Shown here piece after piece: positions 1-10,583 of a stretch of 64,000 nucleotides of DNA (positions are counted from its first letter, which is position 1; each line of letters begins with the position of its first letter). The stretch is from IMG/VR virus record IMGVR_UViG_3300045988_122518; one strand, written 5' to 3'. A program made the translations under genes and the position numbers. Under the pieces are notes generated by a model that did not search any database, was not told the origin of the DNA, and worked only from the letters and a program-made list of their open reading frames with translations. This DNA comes from a virus.

Positions 1-657
1 AATAATAAAATCGTCAGTAATGTAAGAGTCTATGACTTACCAGAAAGTATGGTTGCTTCTGGATACCCAATGAGAACGGATACCGAGCAACATCCAATTA
101 ATGATAAAGATATGACAAGATGTTAGAGTCTTGTGTCTGCCACAAAAAGTGGCAATATGGCTCATGCACAATTTTTAACCGGTATTAGAGTTAATTTTGA
201 TTTAACTTTTTCCAATAAGGCTTGGGTCGAAGCAGAAAGATATAGATTTCTTGAATTTGTATCTTCACAATCCACAATGCATTGCATTACTAAATTTGAT
301 TTAAATGAACAATATAATGAATATGTTGATCCAAGAATCATTGAGATAATGCGTGAGAAAGTTGATATTTATAATAAACTTTTAAGTATTATTGATAGAA
401 TTAAGCATTGTGAAACTGAAAACAAAAATGAAAAAATTAAAATGCTTGAGCAGTTAGAAGAGATTAGAAAAGAAAAATATCTTGAAATTCTATACTCTAA
501 TCCTGCTGGATTTTTGCTTACCGCAAGATTAACTACTAATTATAGATGTTTAAGAAACATATATATTTAGAGAAAAAATCATCGTCTTCCCGAATGGAGA
601 GAGTTCTGTAAATGGATTGAAACTCTTCCTTATGCGGAAGAACTATTGGTAAATTAA
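1..657 (+). CDS. 5'-truncated CDS, ThyX-like flavin-dependent thymidylate synthase family (tentative); two in-frame TAG sense codons (124-126, 568-570); ends at TAA 655-657
   Basis: Frame 1 is open from the window edge. The R-Y-R-x7-S-S-Q-S and N-Y-R-C-L-R-N ... H-R-L-P-E-W segments resemble the ThyX RHR-x7-S and C-terminal motifs. The downstream in-frame peptide PEWREFCKWIETLPYAEELL looks like real protein and only exists if TAG 568 is read through. Confidence 0.4.
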
Positions 658-664
658 TCATAAC

Positions 665-693
665 TTGATTTTTCTAAATAAATATTATATAAT
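665..693 (+). promoter_or_regulatory. sigma70-like promoter (TTGATT, 17 nt, TATAAT) upstream of 732 gene
   Basis: -35/-10 hexamers with 17-nt spacer; shares the motif TATAATATTTATATAA with the promoter at 3281. Confidence 0.3.
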
Positions 694-731
694 ATTTATA
701 TAAGATAAAGAAAGGTTATAAACTTTTTAAA

Positions 732-1109
732 ATGAGTAAGAAACAAGCATTTATTGATTATGTTGAAGAATTAATTGTTGCCACTAATGAAAACCGCTAT
801 CCAGTAGTAATGAGTGAAGATGCTAGTATCTATTGGGAAGCGTTAAAAGCTAAAGAAGAAACTGAAAAGCCTCTATTTACTGAGGGCGGAAAAGCCATTA
901 TTAAATGGATGCAAGATAATAATAAAGATATTCCTCTTGTTAAATCAAGAGAAATTGCCGAATATCTCGGTGTGTCTAGCCGTGGAGTTGCGGGTTCCAT
1001 GCGCAAATTAGTATCTGATGGTTTCGTAGAAAAAGTTAGTCAAGATCCAATTATTTATACTTTAACAGAAAAAGGAAAAAATATTAATTTATTGAATTTA
1101 TTTAATTAA
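732..1109 (+). CDS. small winged-helix-like DNA-binding protein (hypothetical)
   Basis: Intact 125-aa ORF ending at TAA. The segment EIAEYLGVSSRGVAGSMRKLVSDGFVEK resembles MarR/wHTH recognition helices. Confidence 0.5.
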   Translation: MSKKQAFIDYVEELIVATNENRYPVVMSEDASIYWEALKAKEETEKPLFTEGGKAIIKWMQDNNKDIPLVKSREIAEYLGVSSRGVAGSMRKLVSDGFVEKVSQDPIIYTLTEKGKNINLLNLFN

Positions 1110-1123
1110 GGAGAAATTTATTT

Positions 1124-2071
1124 ATGAAGAAAGTAATGGAAAATACTACTCATATTGAAGGTATCTTGTACGAACATGCTTTGGAAAATAAGGTAACCGG
1201 ACCAAATTCTAAGAATCCCGGCACTCCTTTTATTTCTGGTACTATTAGTATTGCTACTGATAATGCTCTTACTAATATCGTCCAGATTCACTTTACTTAT
1301 GTAACTCAAACTACTACTAAGGGCACTCCTAATGCTACATATAGTATTCTTCAGAATATTATTGATGGTACAATCGGTAATTATATGGCTGATGGAGAAG
1401 ATAAAGCTGCTAAGCTTCGTGTCGATTCCGCGATTGGTCTTAATGAATTTTATTCTGATCGTAATGGTAAGGAAGAGCTTGTAAGCACTAAGCGCAATGA
1501 GGGTGGATTTGTTCATACTACTACTACTCTTATTGATGATGAAAAGCAGCGCAATACTTTTAAATGCGATATGATTATCACCAATGTGACTCATGTTGAT
1601 GCTGATGAAGAGCACAATATCCCTGAAAAGGTAATTGTTAAGGGAGCAATTTTTGATTTCCGCAAGTCTTTACTTCCTGTTGAGTTTACAGCTACTAATC
1701 CTGGAGCTATGGCTTATTACGAAGGTCTTGGAGCCTCTCCTTCTGAGCCTGTGTTCACAAAGCTTTGGGGCCGTCAGGTATCTGAAGTAATTAAGCGCGA
1801 GATTCGTGAAGAGTCTGCATTTGGCGATGATAATGTTCGTGAGGTTCAAAGCACTCGTAAGGATTTTGTCATTACCGGTGGCGCTAAGGAGCCTTATGTT
1901 TGGGATGATGAAAGTTCTATCACTGCGAAAGAGCTTACTGAGGCTATGGCAGCACGTGAGACTTACCTTGCTACTTTGAAGCAGCGTCAAGATGAATATA
2001 AAGCTTCTAAGCAGAATGCTACTACTGCTGCTACTATCACACCCACTGCTACAGAAGGTTTTAAATTCTAA
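1124..2071 (+). CDS. hypothetical protein, possibly phage ssDNA-binding protein (precedes Sak4-like ATPase)
   Basis: Intact 315-aa ORF with RBS AAGGAG upstream and no TAG. The functional guess is only from its position next to a Sak4-like gene and a C-terminal aromatic tail. Confidence 0.5.
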   Translation: MKKVMENTTHIEGILYEHALENKVTGPNSKNPGTPFISGTISIATDNALTNIVQIHFTYVTQTTTKGTPNATYSILQNIIDGTIGNYMADGEDKAAKLRVDSAIGLNEFYSDRNGKEELVSTKRNEGGFVHTTTTLIDDEKQRNTFKCDMIITNVTHVDADEEHNIPEKVIVKGAIFDFRKSLLPVEFTATNPGAMAYYEGLGASPSEPVFTKLWGRQVSEVIKREIREESAFGDDNVREVQSTRKDFVITGGAKEPYVWDDESSITAKELTEAMAARETYLATLKQRQDEYKASKQNATTAATITPTATEGFKF

Positions 2072-2092
2072 TCATGAATTAGCCATTAAATA

Positions 2093-2121
2093 GCGATGAC
2101 CTCCCAATAAGAGGTCATCGC
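2093..2121 (+). terminator. rho-independent terminator hairpin (11-bp perfect stem GCGATGACCTC / GAGGTCATCGC)
   Basis: Perfect inverted repeat with a 7-nt loop immediately after the TAA of the 1124-2071 gene. Confidence 0.55.
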
Positions 2122-2218
2122 GCTAAAGTTAATTTATATGATGATTTTTGTAATATACTAAATTTAGAAGAAATACTTAAAGAGATAATAATTAAAACAA
2201 ATAAGGAGAAATAACATA

Positions 2219-3214
2219 ATGGCTATTGATTTAACTAAAATTCAACCTCATAAGGTAAGTAAAGATCTTTCTGGTTATATTACTTTTATTTATGGTAAGC
2301 CCAAGACCGGCAAGACTACTTTGGCAACTCAAATGCCGAATTCTTTGCTTTTAGCTTTTGAGCAGGGCTATAACTGCCTTCCTGGTGTTATGGCCGCCGA
2401 CATTACTTCTTGGGCAGAAATGAAGCAAGTCTATCGTGATTTGAAGCGTCCAGAAGTAAAAGCAATGTATAATGCTATTATTGTAGACACTATTGATGAA
2501 GCTGCTAAGTACTGTGAGAAATATATCTGTAATCAAAATCAGATTGAATCTCTTGGAGACCTTGGTTATGGTAAGGGCTGGTCTAAGTTTAAAGATGAAT
2601 TTAATGAAGTCTTTAGAGGCTTAACTCGTCTTGGATATGCTGTTTTCTTTATCGGACATGAAAAAGAACAAACTGTAACTCGCCCTGATGGTACTGAGGT
2701 TGTGGCAGTAAGACCAAATCTTTCTCAATCCACTCGCACTATTATCACTGGTATGGCTGACGTTTATGGATATGCTCATCAAAAGGCGGCAGGTCAAATG
2801 TCTGTCCTAACTCTTCGTTCTGGTAATGACCTTATTGACTGTGGTGGCCGTTTTAAGTATATCGAGAGCGAAATTCCTATGAATTATGATAGTCTTATTA
2901 ATGCCATCCATGAGGCTATTGATAAGGAAGCAGCTGACAATGGTGGTAAATTTGTCACTGATGAAAAGATGGTCGTTGCCCCTGAAGCTCCTACTTATGA
3001 TTATGAAGCACTTATGGCCGAATTCCAAAATCTTGCTGGAGATATGATGAATAAGAATCCTGGATTCTTTGGTCCTCGTATTACTCAAATTATTGATAAA
3101 TATTTGGGTAAAGGTAAGAAAATTTCTGACGCCACTCCTGAACAGGCAGAATTTGTATCTTTAATTGTTGGTGAAATTAAAGATGATCTTCTTCCTCAAA
3201 TGGAAAGTAAGTAA
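2219..3214 (+). CDS. Sak4-like RecA-family ATPase (AAA_24 phage nucleotide-binding protein)
   Basis: Walker A GKPKTGKTT near the N-terminus, Walker B-like IIVDTIDE; the size and layout are typical of phage Sak4/AAA_24 recombination ATPases. Confidence 0.65.
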   Translation: MAIDLTKIQPHKVSKDLSGYITFIYGKPKTGKTTLATQMPNSLLLAFEQGYNCLPGVMAADITSWAEMKQVYRDLKRPEVKAMYNAIIVDTIDEAAKYCEKYICNQNQIESLGDLGYGKGWSKFKDEFNEVFRGLTRLGYAVFFIGHEKEQTVTRPDGTEVVAVRPNLSQSTRTIITGMADVYGYAHQKAAGQMSVLTLRSGNDLIDCGGRFKYIESEIPMNYDSLINAIHEAIDKEAADNGGKFVTDEKMVVAPEAPTYDYEALMAEFQNLAGDMMNKNPGFFGPRITQIIDKYLGKGKKISDATPEQAEFVSLIVGEIKDDLLPQMESK

Positions 3215-3230
3215 ATAAAATATAATTTAT

Positions 3231-3270
3231 AACCGGAGTGATAAAAGTCGCTCCGGTTTGACTTTTATTT
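3231..3270 (+). terminator. rho-independent terminator (AACCGGAG ... CTCCGGTT followed by T-rich tract)
   Basis: 8-bp GC-containing stem then TTTGACTTTTATTT, directly after the Sak4-like stop. Confidence 0.55.
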
Positions 3271-3286
3271 AAAAATATTGTATAAT
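3258..3286 (+). promoter_or_regulatory. sigma70-like promoter with extended -10 (TTGACT, 16 nt, TGTTATAAT)
   Basis: Hexamers and TG extension; overlaps the preceding terminator tail. Confidence 0.35.
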
Positions 3287-3313
3287 ATTTATATAAAGTA
3301 ATGGAAAGGAGTA

Positions 3314-3883
3314 ATTTATATACATAAAGTTAAATGTATTTATTGTCAGCAAACTTTTGATAGAGATAAGTTTCCTTATGTTCAAATAAAATCTCGAAGA
3401 TATGCACACCCTGAATGTGCTAAATAGGCTGAAAATGAAGACACTCCTTTACAAGTTCATAATCCGCCCGAAAAAGTAAAAACAAAAGAAGATTTAGATA
3501 AAGAAAAATTTGAAGAATATGTAAAAAATTTATTGGGAGAATCATATATTAATGCTCGCGTCCGCAAACAAATGAATGATTATATTAGAGAATATCAATA
3601 TACATATTCTGGAATGTTAAAAGCCTTAGTTTATTTTTATGAGGTTAAAGGAAATAATAAAAATAAAGCTAATGGTGGAATTGGTATTATACCTTTTATT
3701 TATAAAGACGCCTACAATTATTATTATAATCTTTGGATGATTCAACAATCTAATAAAGATAAAAATGTTATTGATTACGTTCCTAAATTAAAGGAAATAA
3801 AAATTCCTATTCCTAAAAAAGAACCTCGAAAAAGATCAGTTTTTACATTTTTAGATGAATAGGAGGACTTAAATGCCGAGTAA
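3314..3883 (+). CDS. zinc-ribbon-containing hypothetical protein; no ATG start (candidate ATT/ATA start after RBS AAAGGAG at 3305-3311); in-frame TAG at 3425-3427 and 3860-3862
   Basis: Frame 2 is open from 3302 to TAA 3881-3883. It encodes CIYCQQTF ... HPECAK (a Cys4/His zinc-ribbon-like pattern) joined through TAG to the tracked ORF 3533-3862. There is a strong RBS but no canonical start codon. Confidence 0.35.
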
Positions 3884-5405
3884 ATATGTAGACCCAACAG
3901 CGATTACACAAGTTATAGGGTGTGTATATAATACTCCTTAGCTTTTGGATTTTACTGATAGATATACAATAACTGATGAAGATTTTGCTGATGAATTTCA
4001 TAGAATTGTTTTTGGAGCAATATATAAAATTCATGAATTAGGAGCTTAGAAAATTACTTTAGAAAATATTAGTGATTTTCTTTCTTCTCGACCTAAATAT
4101 GAAGCCACATTTAAAATTAATAAAGGTGAAGAATGGTTATTGAAAGTTTCTGAAAATGCGAAACCTTTGTCATTTGATTATTATTATGGTCGTTTAAAAA
4201 AAATGTCTCTACTTCGTGCTTATGACAGATATGGCATTGATGTTTCTTTTATTTATGATCCTGATAATATTTTAGATACTGAAAAAAAACAATTACAAGA
4301 AGATAATCTTGATAATTCTTCATTAGAGCATATCGCACAATTAATTGATGACCGCATAGAACAAATTAAATATGAGTATGTAAATGACGTTGAAGGAGTT
4401 GCGGTTCAAGCAGGTGATGGAATTTTTGAATTGCTTGATGATTTAGAGCAACATCCAATAGCAGGAAGTCCTCTATATGGGCCATTAATTAATACAGTTA
4501 CTCGTGGGGCAAGACTTAAAAAGTTTTATTTGCGCTCCGCAGCCACAGGTGTAGGTAAAACTCGTTCTATGATCGCGGATTCGTGTTATATTGCTTGTAA
4601 TAAAATATATGACGATACTTTTGGAAGTTGGATCAAAAATGGAATCCAAGAACCAGTATTGTATATAACTACAGAGCAAGATAAAAATGAAATTCAAACA
4701 ATGATGCTCGCTTTTCTTTCTAATGTAAATGAAGAACATATTATTTATAATGAATATCAAGGAAATGAAAAAGAACGAGTAATAGAGGCCGCAAAAATTC
4801 TTAAAGATAGCCCATTGTATATCCGTGAATTACCTGATTTTTCATTGCAGGATGTCGAGAATGAAATCAAAAAAGGCATCCGAGATCACGATGTAAAATA
4901 TATATTTCATGACTATATTCATACAAGCATGAAAATTCTTGAAGAAATTACTCGTCGTAGTGGCGGAGTAAAACTTCGTGAAGACAACATACTTTTTATG
5001 CTATCTAACAAATTAAAAGATATCTGTAATCAATATGGTGTTTTTATTATGTCAGCAACACAATTAAATGGTGATTATGTTGATTCTAAAACTCCTGACC
5101 AGAATCTTTTGCGTGGAGCAAAATCTATTGCCGATAAAGTAGATTATGGATCAATTCTTTTAAATGTCCAAGATGATGATTTAATTTCATTGGAAAAAAT
5201 ACTAAACACAAAATTATTTGATACTCCAACTATTAAAATGTCTGTTTATAAAAATAGACGTGGTAGGTATAAAGGAGTTATTTTATGGTGTAAAGCAGAT
5301 TTAGGAACTTGTAGAATTATTCCTATGTTTTGTACTACATACGCTTATGAACTTGTTCCTATTGATGATATAAAAATTACTCTTGAAGAAGAGTCAGCTT
5401 TTTAA
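3873..5405 (+). CDS. dnaB: DnaB-family replicative helicase, 510 aa with two in-frame TAG sense codons (3939-3941, 4047-4049)
   Basis: RBS AGGAGGA then ATG 3873. The N-terminal domain VDPTAITQVIGCVYNTP-TAG-LLDFTDRYTITDEDFADEFHRIVFGAIYKIHELGA-TAG-KITLENISDFL matches the DnaB N-terminal fold pattern. The C-terminal RecA-like domain has Walker A SAATGVGKTRSM and Walker B IFHDYIHT. Without TAG read-through the N-terminal 89 codons are lost. Confidence 0.85.
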
Positions 5406-5422
5406 AATTAAGGAGAAAAATT

Positions 5423-5605
5423 ATGAAGAGTGGTAATGTTGAATACAAGATGAGCAATAGAATGGCTAAGGAGATTATTCGTTCTTATAAAGCCGTTCCC
5501 AGTCTTGCTAAGCTTCGTCCGCAGGAAATGCTTGTTCATTATGTTAACGAACAGTGTGGACTTATGAGAAATTGTTCTAAAGTAATTACTTATGATAGTA
5601 TTTGA
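5423..5605 (+). CDS. small hypothetical protein (60 aa)
   Basis: Good RBS TAAGGAGAAAAATT-ATG; ends at TGA, overlapping the primase start. Confidence 0.35.
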   Translation: MKSGNVEYKMSNRMAKEIIRSYKAVPSLAKLRPQEMLVHYVNEQCGLMRNCSKVITYDSI

Positions 5606-6695
5606 TAAATCAGAAATTCGTCAAGCTCTTGGGCTTGAAAATATTTATGATTTATTAATTGAATGGGGCGGAGATCCTGAATATACAGAATTCGGGATTC
5701 TCTCTTCCACCATTTGTCATAATCCTCCTGGAGAAGGTAGCAGAAAACTTTATTTTTATGAAAATACAGGATTATTTAAATGCTACACAGGATGTGATTC
5801 AACTTTTGATATTTTTGAATTATGTTCTAAAGTAATGAAAATTCAATATGATGAAGAATTTGATTTAAATGATTCAGTTTTATGGGTTGCTCGTCGTTTT
5901 GGTTTATCAGGTATGATAAAAGATGACGATATGGGTAAAACTTTAGATGATTGGAAAATTTTATCAAATTATTCTCGTATCCAAGAGATTGAATTAAAAA
6001 ATAACAAAATTATTTTAAAAGATTATGATGATTCTATTTTAAATAGATTAAATTATAATATTAAAATAGTTCCTTGGCTTGATGAGGGAATTTCTCAAGA
6101 AGTAATTAATAAAGCGCATATTGGTTTTTATCCAGGAGCCGATCAAATTACAATTCCTCATTATGATATTAGTGGAAGATTTATAGGCTTGCGCGGACGC
6201 ACTATGTGCAAAGACGAGGCAGAGCTATATGGGAAATATAGACCAATGAAAATAAATAATCAATTATATAATCATCCTCTTGGAATGAACTTATATGGAT
6301 TGAATTGGTCTAAAAATGCCATTGGCATAATGAAAAAAGCAATTATTTTTGAAAGTGAAAAATCAGTATTGAAATATGCTACTGATTTCGGTTGGAATAA
6401 CAATATATCAGTAGCTTGTTGCGGAAGTAATGTTTCTTCGCATCAAATTCAACTATTGTTAGATAGCGGTGCGCAGGAAATTATAATTGCTTTTGATAGG
6501 CAATTCCAAGAAATTGGAGACGCAGAATTTCAACACTTAAAGTTAAATCTTTTAAAGATTAGAACTAAATTTAAAAATGATGTGCTTATATCTTTTATTT
6601 TTGATAAAAATATGATTACAAAATACAAAGATTCACCAATTGATGATGGTAAAGAAAAATTTTTACAATTATATAAGGAAAGGATATTTATATGA
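5592..6695 (+). CDS. dnaG: DnaG-type DNA primase (zinc-binding domain plus TOPRIM)
   Basis: N-terminal zinc ribbon CHNPPGEGSRKLYFYENTGLFKCYTGC and downstream TOPRIM-like acidic motifs; no TAG; ends at TGA. Confidence 0.75.
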   Translation: MIVFDKSEIRQALGLENIYDLLIEWGGDPEYTEFGILSSTICHNPPGEGSRKLYFYENTGLFKCYTGCDSTFDIFELCSKVMKIQYDEEFDLNDSVLWVARRFGLSGMIKDDDMGKTLDDWKILSNYSRIQEIELKNNKIILKDYDDSILNRLNYNIKIVPWLDEGISQEVINKAHIGFYPGADQITIPHYDISGRFIGLRGRTMCKDEAELYGKYRPMKINNQLYNHPLGMNLYGLNWSKNAIGIMKKAIIFESEKSVLKYATDFGWNNNISVACCGSNVSSHQIQLLLDSGAQEIIIAFDRQFQEIGDAEFQHLKLNLLKIRTKFKNDVLISFIFDKNMITKYKDSPIDDGKEKFLQLYKERIFI

Positions 6696-6982
6696 ATGAT
6701 GATTATGATATTCCTATCTCTATAAATGATACAATTATTTCACTGAGCGCGCAAATTGAAGGATTAAAAAAACAAAGAGATAGTTTGCTCCGAAGTTGTA
6801 TTTATTGCGATAAATGTAATAAATATTATGATAAAACCAGTAATTGTATATCAAGTGGAATTGAAACTCGAAAAGTAATTAGATATAATGGAGATTTAGA
6901 AAAAGGATATACGGAAATAGAAATTCCTGTTCTTTTTCATATTTGTCCATTAGGGCATAAGATGGGAGAGAGCGGTTTATGA
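6692..6982 (+). CDS. zinc-ribbon hypothetical protein
   Basis: CIYCDKCNKYY ... HICPLGH pattern; start overlaps the primase stop (ATGA); ends at TGA. Confidence 0.45.
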   Translation: MNDDYDIPISINDTIISLSAQIEGLKKQRDSLLRSCIYCDKCNKYYDKTSNCISSGIETRKVIRYNGDLEKGYTEIEIPVLFHICPLGHKMGESGL

Positions 6983-7296
6983 CAGGCATTGTTTGGTGTA
7001 ATACTTTCATTGAAGGAATTGAACAATTGGAAAGAATTGAAGAACAATATAAAGCAATGGGTATAAAACCAATAGAAAAAATTAAATCTATCAATCGTTA
7101 TTCTATAGTTTTTGAAAATGAAGATTATTGGAAAGTAGTTATTTCTACTGGAAATGCCAGAGGATATAAGTGTAATATTTCTTATATTTCTCGTCAAACC
7201 CCTCTTTCAGTTATTGAAACTATTATTTTTCCATGCACAAGAGCCCTTCCTTATACTGCTTATCATTATTATGGTGATCCAGTAGGAGAGGACTGA
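6979..7296 (+). CDS. hypothetical protein
   Basis: Intact 105-aa ORF whose start overlaps the upstream stop. Confidence 0.4.
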   Translation: MTGIVWCNTFIEGIEQLERIEEQYKAMGIKPIEKIKSINRYSIVFENEDYWKVVISTGNARGYKCNISYISRQTPLSVIETIIFPCTRALPYTAYHYYGDPVGED

Positions 7297-7365
7297 TATG
7301 AATAAGTAAATTATAGAAATTCTTAAATAATAGTGGTGGTATTATGAAAGGAGGTTGAATAGCCT

Positions 7366-9114
7366 ATGGACTATCAACTAAAAGCTCCTCGCATCCCGCA
7401 GTATTCAGCGGTCGAACAGGTGCTAACCAATAGAGGAATTAAATTACAAGATATTCCTCATTATCTTAATACCACTGATGACGACATTATAGAACCAGCG
7501 ACTATTGATAGAATAGAAAATGGGGCAAAAATGCTCGTCAAACATATTGCACAAAATGACAAAGTTCTTATATAGGTAGATAGTGATTGTGATGGCTATA
7601 CTTCGGCGGCCGCACTCATGAATTACTTATACTGTCTTTTTCCTGCGTTTGTGCAAAACAATATTTTTTATCGTGTCCATGCAGGAAAACAACACGGAAT
7701 TATACCAGATAGTATTGATAAAGATATTAAATTAGTAATTGCTCCAGATTCTTCATCAAATGATTATTTAGAACACGAATATTTATATAAAAATGGTATT
7801 GACGTGTTGGTAATAGACCACCATGAAGCTGATAAAATATCATAGTATGCTTGTATTATTAACAATCAATTATGTGATTATCCGACCAAATCTTTATCTG
7901 GCGTAGGAATGGTTTATAAGTTTTGTTGTTATATTGATGAACTTATGAATGTTCAGTATGCGGATCATATATTGGATTTAGTTGCTCTTGGAATGGTGGC
8001 TGACATGATGGATATGCGTGATTTTGAAACAAAACATTTAATTAATAAAGGCTTACAACAAATCACCAATCCTTACTTCAGAGGCATAATCAATAGAGAT
8101 TAGTTTCATTTTAATAATGAGATTACGCCTATTGGAGTAGCTTTCTATATTGCTCCTTTAGTTAATGCAACTACTCGTGTTGGGACGCAAGAAGAAAAGC
8201 TCATGCTATTCGAGTCAATGCTTGATTTTAAGGGATACGAACTTGTCCCTTCAACAAAACGTGGATGTAAAGGTCAAGCAGAAACAAGAGTAGAACAAGC
8301 TTGTCGTAATTGTACTAATATCAAGAATAGGCAAACTAAAATCAGAGACACTAGCTTGGAAAAAATTGAATAGATAATCGCAAATCAAAATCTTTTAAGT
8401 AATAAAATCTTAGGAATTAAGTTAGATGGATTTGCTGCTGATAAAAATTTGACTGGATTAATGGCCAATCAATTAATGAGCAAATATCAACGTCCTGTTT
8501 TAATTCTTAATAAAACAATAGATGAAAAAACTCAACAAATTTGTTGGGAAGGCTCCGGCAGAGGATACGACAAATCCGCACTTAAAGACTTTAGAGAATT
8601 TTGTCAAAAATCAAATCTAATTATGTATGCGGAAGGACATCCTAATGCTTTTGGATTTGGTATTATTGATGATAATTTTGATAAATTTATTGAATATGCG
8701 AATTCTGCTTTACAAGATTTTGATTTCACCCCAATTTATAGTGTTGATTTTATTTATCACACTAATAATTTAGTTGGAAAAGATATTATTGATATCGCTC
8801 AACTTAAATCACTTTGGGGCCAAGGGGTAGAAGAAGCATCTATTGCCGTTGAAGGAATAAAAGTTGCATCAAATAACTTAACTTTAATGTCAAAAGATAA
8901 AAATCCTACCTTAAAGATAACTATGCCAGATGGTATCAGTTTAATCAAGTTTAAGTCGTCCGAGGAGGAATACGAGAAATTGTATTCTGAATAGGGTTAT
9001 GTGACAATTAATATCGTTGGTAAATGCGAACGAAATATATGGAATAATAACATTAGTCCTTAGATTATTATAGAAGATTACGAAATTGTAGATAGGGCTG
9101 CTTATTATTTTTAA
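7366..9114 (+). CDS. recJ: RecJ-like ssDNA exonuclease (DHH/DHHA1 phosphoesterase), about 582 aa with six in-frame TAG codons (7573, 7843, 8101, 8371, 8992, 9061)
   Basis: RBS AAAGGAGG then ATG 7366. Tracked fragments 7366-7575, 7618-7845, 7909-8103 and 8449-8994 all lie in frame 1, separated only by TAG. Motif I reads KVLI-TAG-VDSDCDGYTSAA, motif DHH reads VLVIDHHEADKIS, motif III reads LDLVALGMVADMMDM, plus a DHHA1-like C-terminus. The last two TAGs extend the reading frame to TAA 9112-9114; that extension is less certain. Confidence 0.75.
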
Positions 9115-9167
9115 TAATTGACACTACGACTAATAGACTTAAAAAACCTATTAGGAGGAAATCATTT

Positions 9168-10007
9168 ATGAAAAGATATAAGATTTTAGCAGGAAGTATT
9201 ATTTGTTTTGTATTAATTTTTATTTTACAAACATCAGCTCTTGCTTTAAATTATAGCGAAATCACTACTTTTTCGGAAGTTTACATCCCTTCTGAATCAT
9301 CAACTGTATATAATTTTTTACCAGAAGAAACTATTGATATGGAACCTATGGATAGAGAAATTAATGATACAGTTAACCGTAAAGAGCTCAAATCTCTAAT
9401 CCAAGAGTATCAAGAGATTGTAAATAGTGCTCATGACTTAGCCGAAGCAACGAGAGCATTAGGGTATGATGAAAATCATCCTATTATTGAATTTGCTAAA
9501 AAAGAATATGAAACTGCTAATGGATATTTGGAAATTTATCAGAATCGTTTAGATAAAATTAATTCTCAATGGAATGATAAATCATCTACTTATCCAGTAG
9601 CAACAGAAATTTGGCTTTATATGAAAGACCAAGGATGGAATGACGCGGTTTGCGCCGGTATTTTGGGTAATATGATGGCAGAATGCGGCGGTAATACTTT
9701 ATCTTTACAGCCAACTGCTTCTAATAAATATTATTATGGAATTTGTCAATGGAGTAAAGGATATTCAAGTGTTTGGTATTCTGATTTAGACACACAATGC
9801 GAATTCTTAATAAATACTATTGGATATGAATTTAATACTTTTGGTTCTTCATATAAAAGAGGATTTAATTTTAATTCTTTTTTAAATTTAAATGATGAAA
9901 AAGAAGTTGCTAAAGCTTTTGCAAAATGTTATGAGCGTTGTGGATCAAGTTCTTTAAATCAAAGACAAAAGAATGCGACCACTGCTTATAATTATTTTAC
10001 TAATTAA
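9168..10007 (+). CDS. secreted protein with lysozyme-like (phage tail lysozyme-like GN..ECG) domain, putative peptidoglycan hydrolase
   Basis: N-terminal signal peptide/TM (ILAGSIICFVLIFILQTSALA), then AGILGNMMAECGGNTLSLQPTASN and a Cys-rich C-terminus; RBS AGGAGG; ends at TAA. Confidence 0.5.
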   Translation: MKRYKILAGSIICFVLIFILQTSALALNYSEITTFSEVYIPSESSTVYNFLPEETIDMEPMDREINDTVNRKELKSLIQEYQEIVNSAHDLAEATRALGYDENHPIIEFAKKEYETANGYLEIYQNRLDKINSQWNDKSSTYPVATEIWLYMKDQGWNDAVCAGILGNMMAECGGNTLSLQPTASNKYYYGICQWSKGYSSVWYSDLDTQCEFLINTIGYEFNTFGSSYKRGFNFNSFLNLNDEKEVAKAFAKCYERCGSSSLNQRQKNATTAYNYFTN

Positions 10008-10070
10008 TTTTACGGCTATATGAAGATTTATTTCTTCATATAGCCATTATTTTTATTTATGGAGTAGATT

Positions 10071-10519
10071 ATGGGAAAATTTAATTATTATGCTGATGAC
10101 ATTAATATGGTATATTAGGCAACCCCACAAAAAAGTGGTGAAGCGCTTTATGAAACTTTAGAATCTTTAGGGTCATATGGGTATACATATAATGAAGTGA
10201 ACAATAGAATAAATAAACAATTAAATGAACTGGGGATTTCTTCTAAAGACGATTTATTCAAGGTATTAGATGAAATCGCAGACTTATGGATTAAAGCTTC
10301 TACCACTGGTTATAAAGAAGAAGGGTGGTTGCTCGGGCCGGGAACAAGCGAGAAAACCGACAAATCAAATGAAAAAAGTGATTTAGAAATTTTTGGAGAA
10401 AAACTCAAATCTGAAATTTTTTCTGAATCTAATTAGCCACGCACAAAAACTATTTCTTTTGGACCACCTATGATAATTAAAGCTGATAATACAGATGATG
10501 ATGAGTTTATTATATTCTA
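10071..10519 (+). CDS. hypothetical protein (two in-frame TAG: 10116, 10434)
   Basis: RBS GGAGTAG then ATG 10071; the frame 3 reading joins to tracked ORF 10197-10436 and runs to TAA 10517-10519. Confidence 0.4.
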
Positions 10520-10522
10520 AAT

Positions 10523-10551
10523 TTGACTAAATAATTAAAATATGGTATTAT
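10523..10551 (+). promoter_or_regulatory. promoter with extended -10 (TTGACT, 17 nt, TGGTATTAT); 27-nt motif repeated at 12849
   Basis: ATATGGTATTATATAAATATAAATGAA is nearly identical to ATATGATATTATATAAATATAAATGAA at 12849-12875. Confidence 0.35.
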
Positions 10552-10583
10552 ATAAATATAAATGAAGAAAGAAGAAAAATATT

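Noticed and set aside
1118-3088. Minus-strand ORFs 1118-1615, 1670-1990, 2351-2536 and 2807-3088 overlapping the + strand genes
   Set aside because: They are antisense to well-supported genes (SSB-like, Sak4-like), have low-complexity Ile/Ser/Leu-rich translations, and lack RBSs. They are spurious frames in AT-rich DNA.
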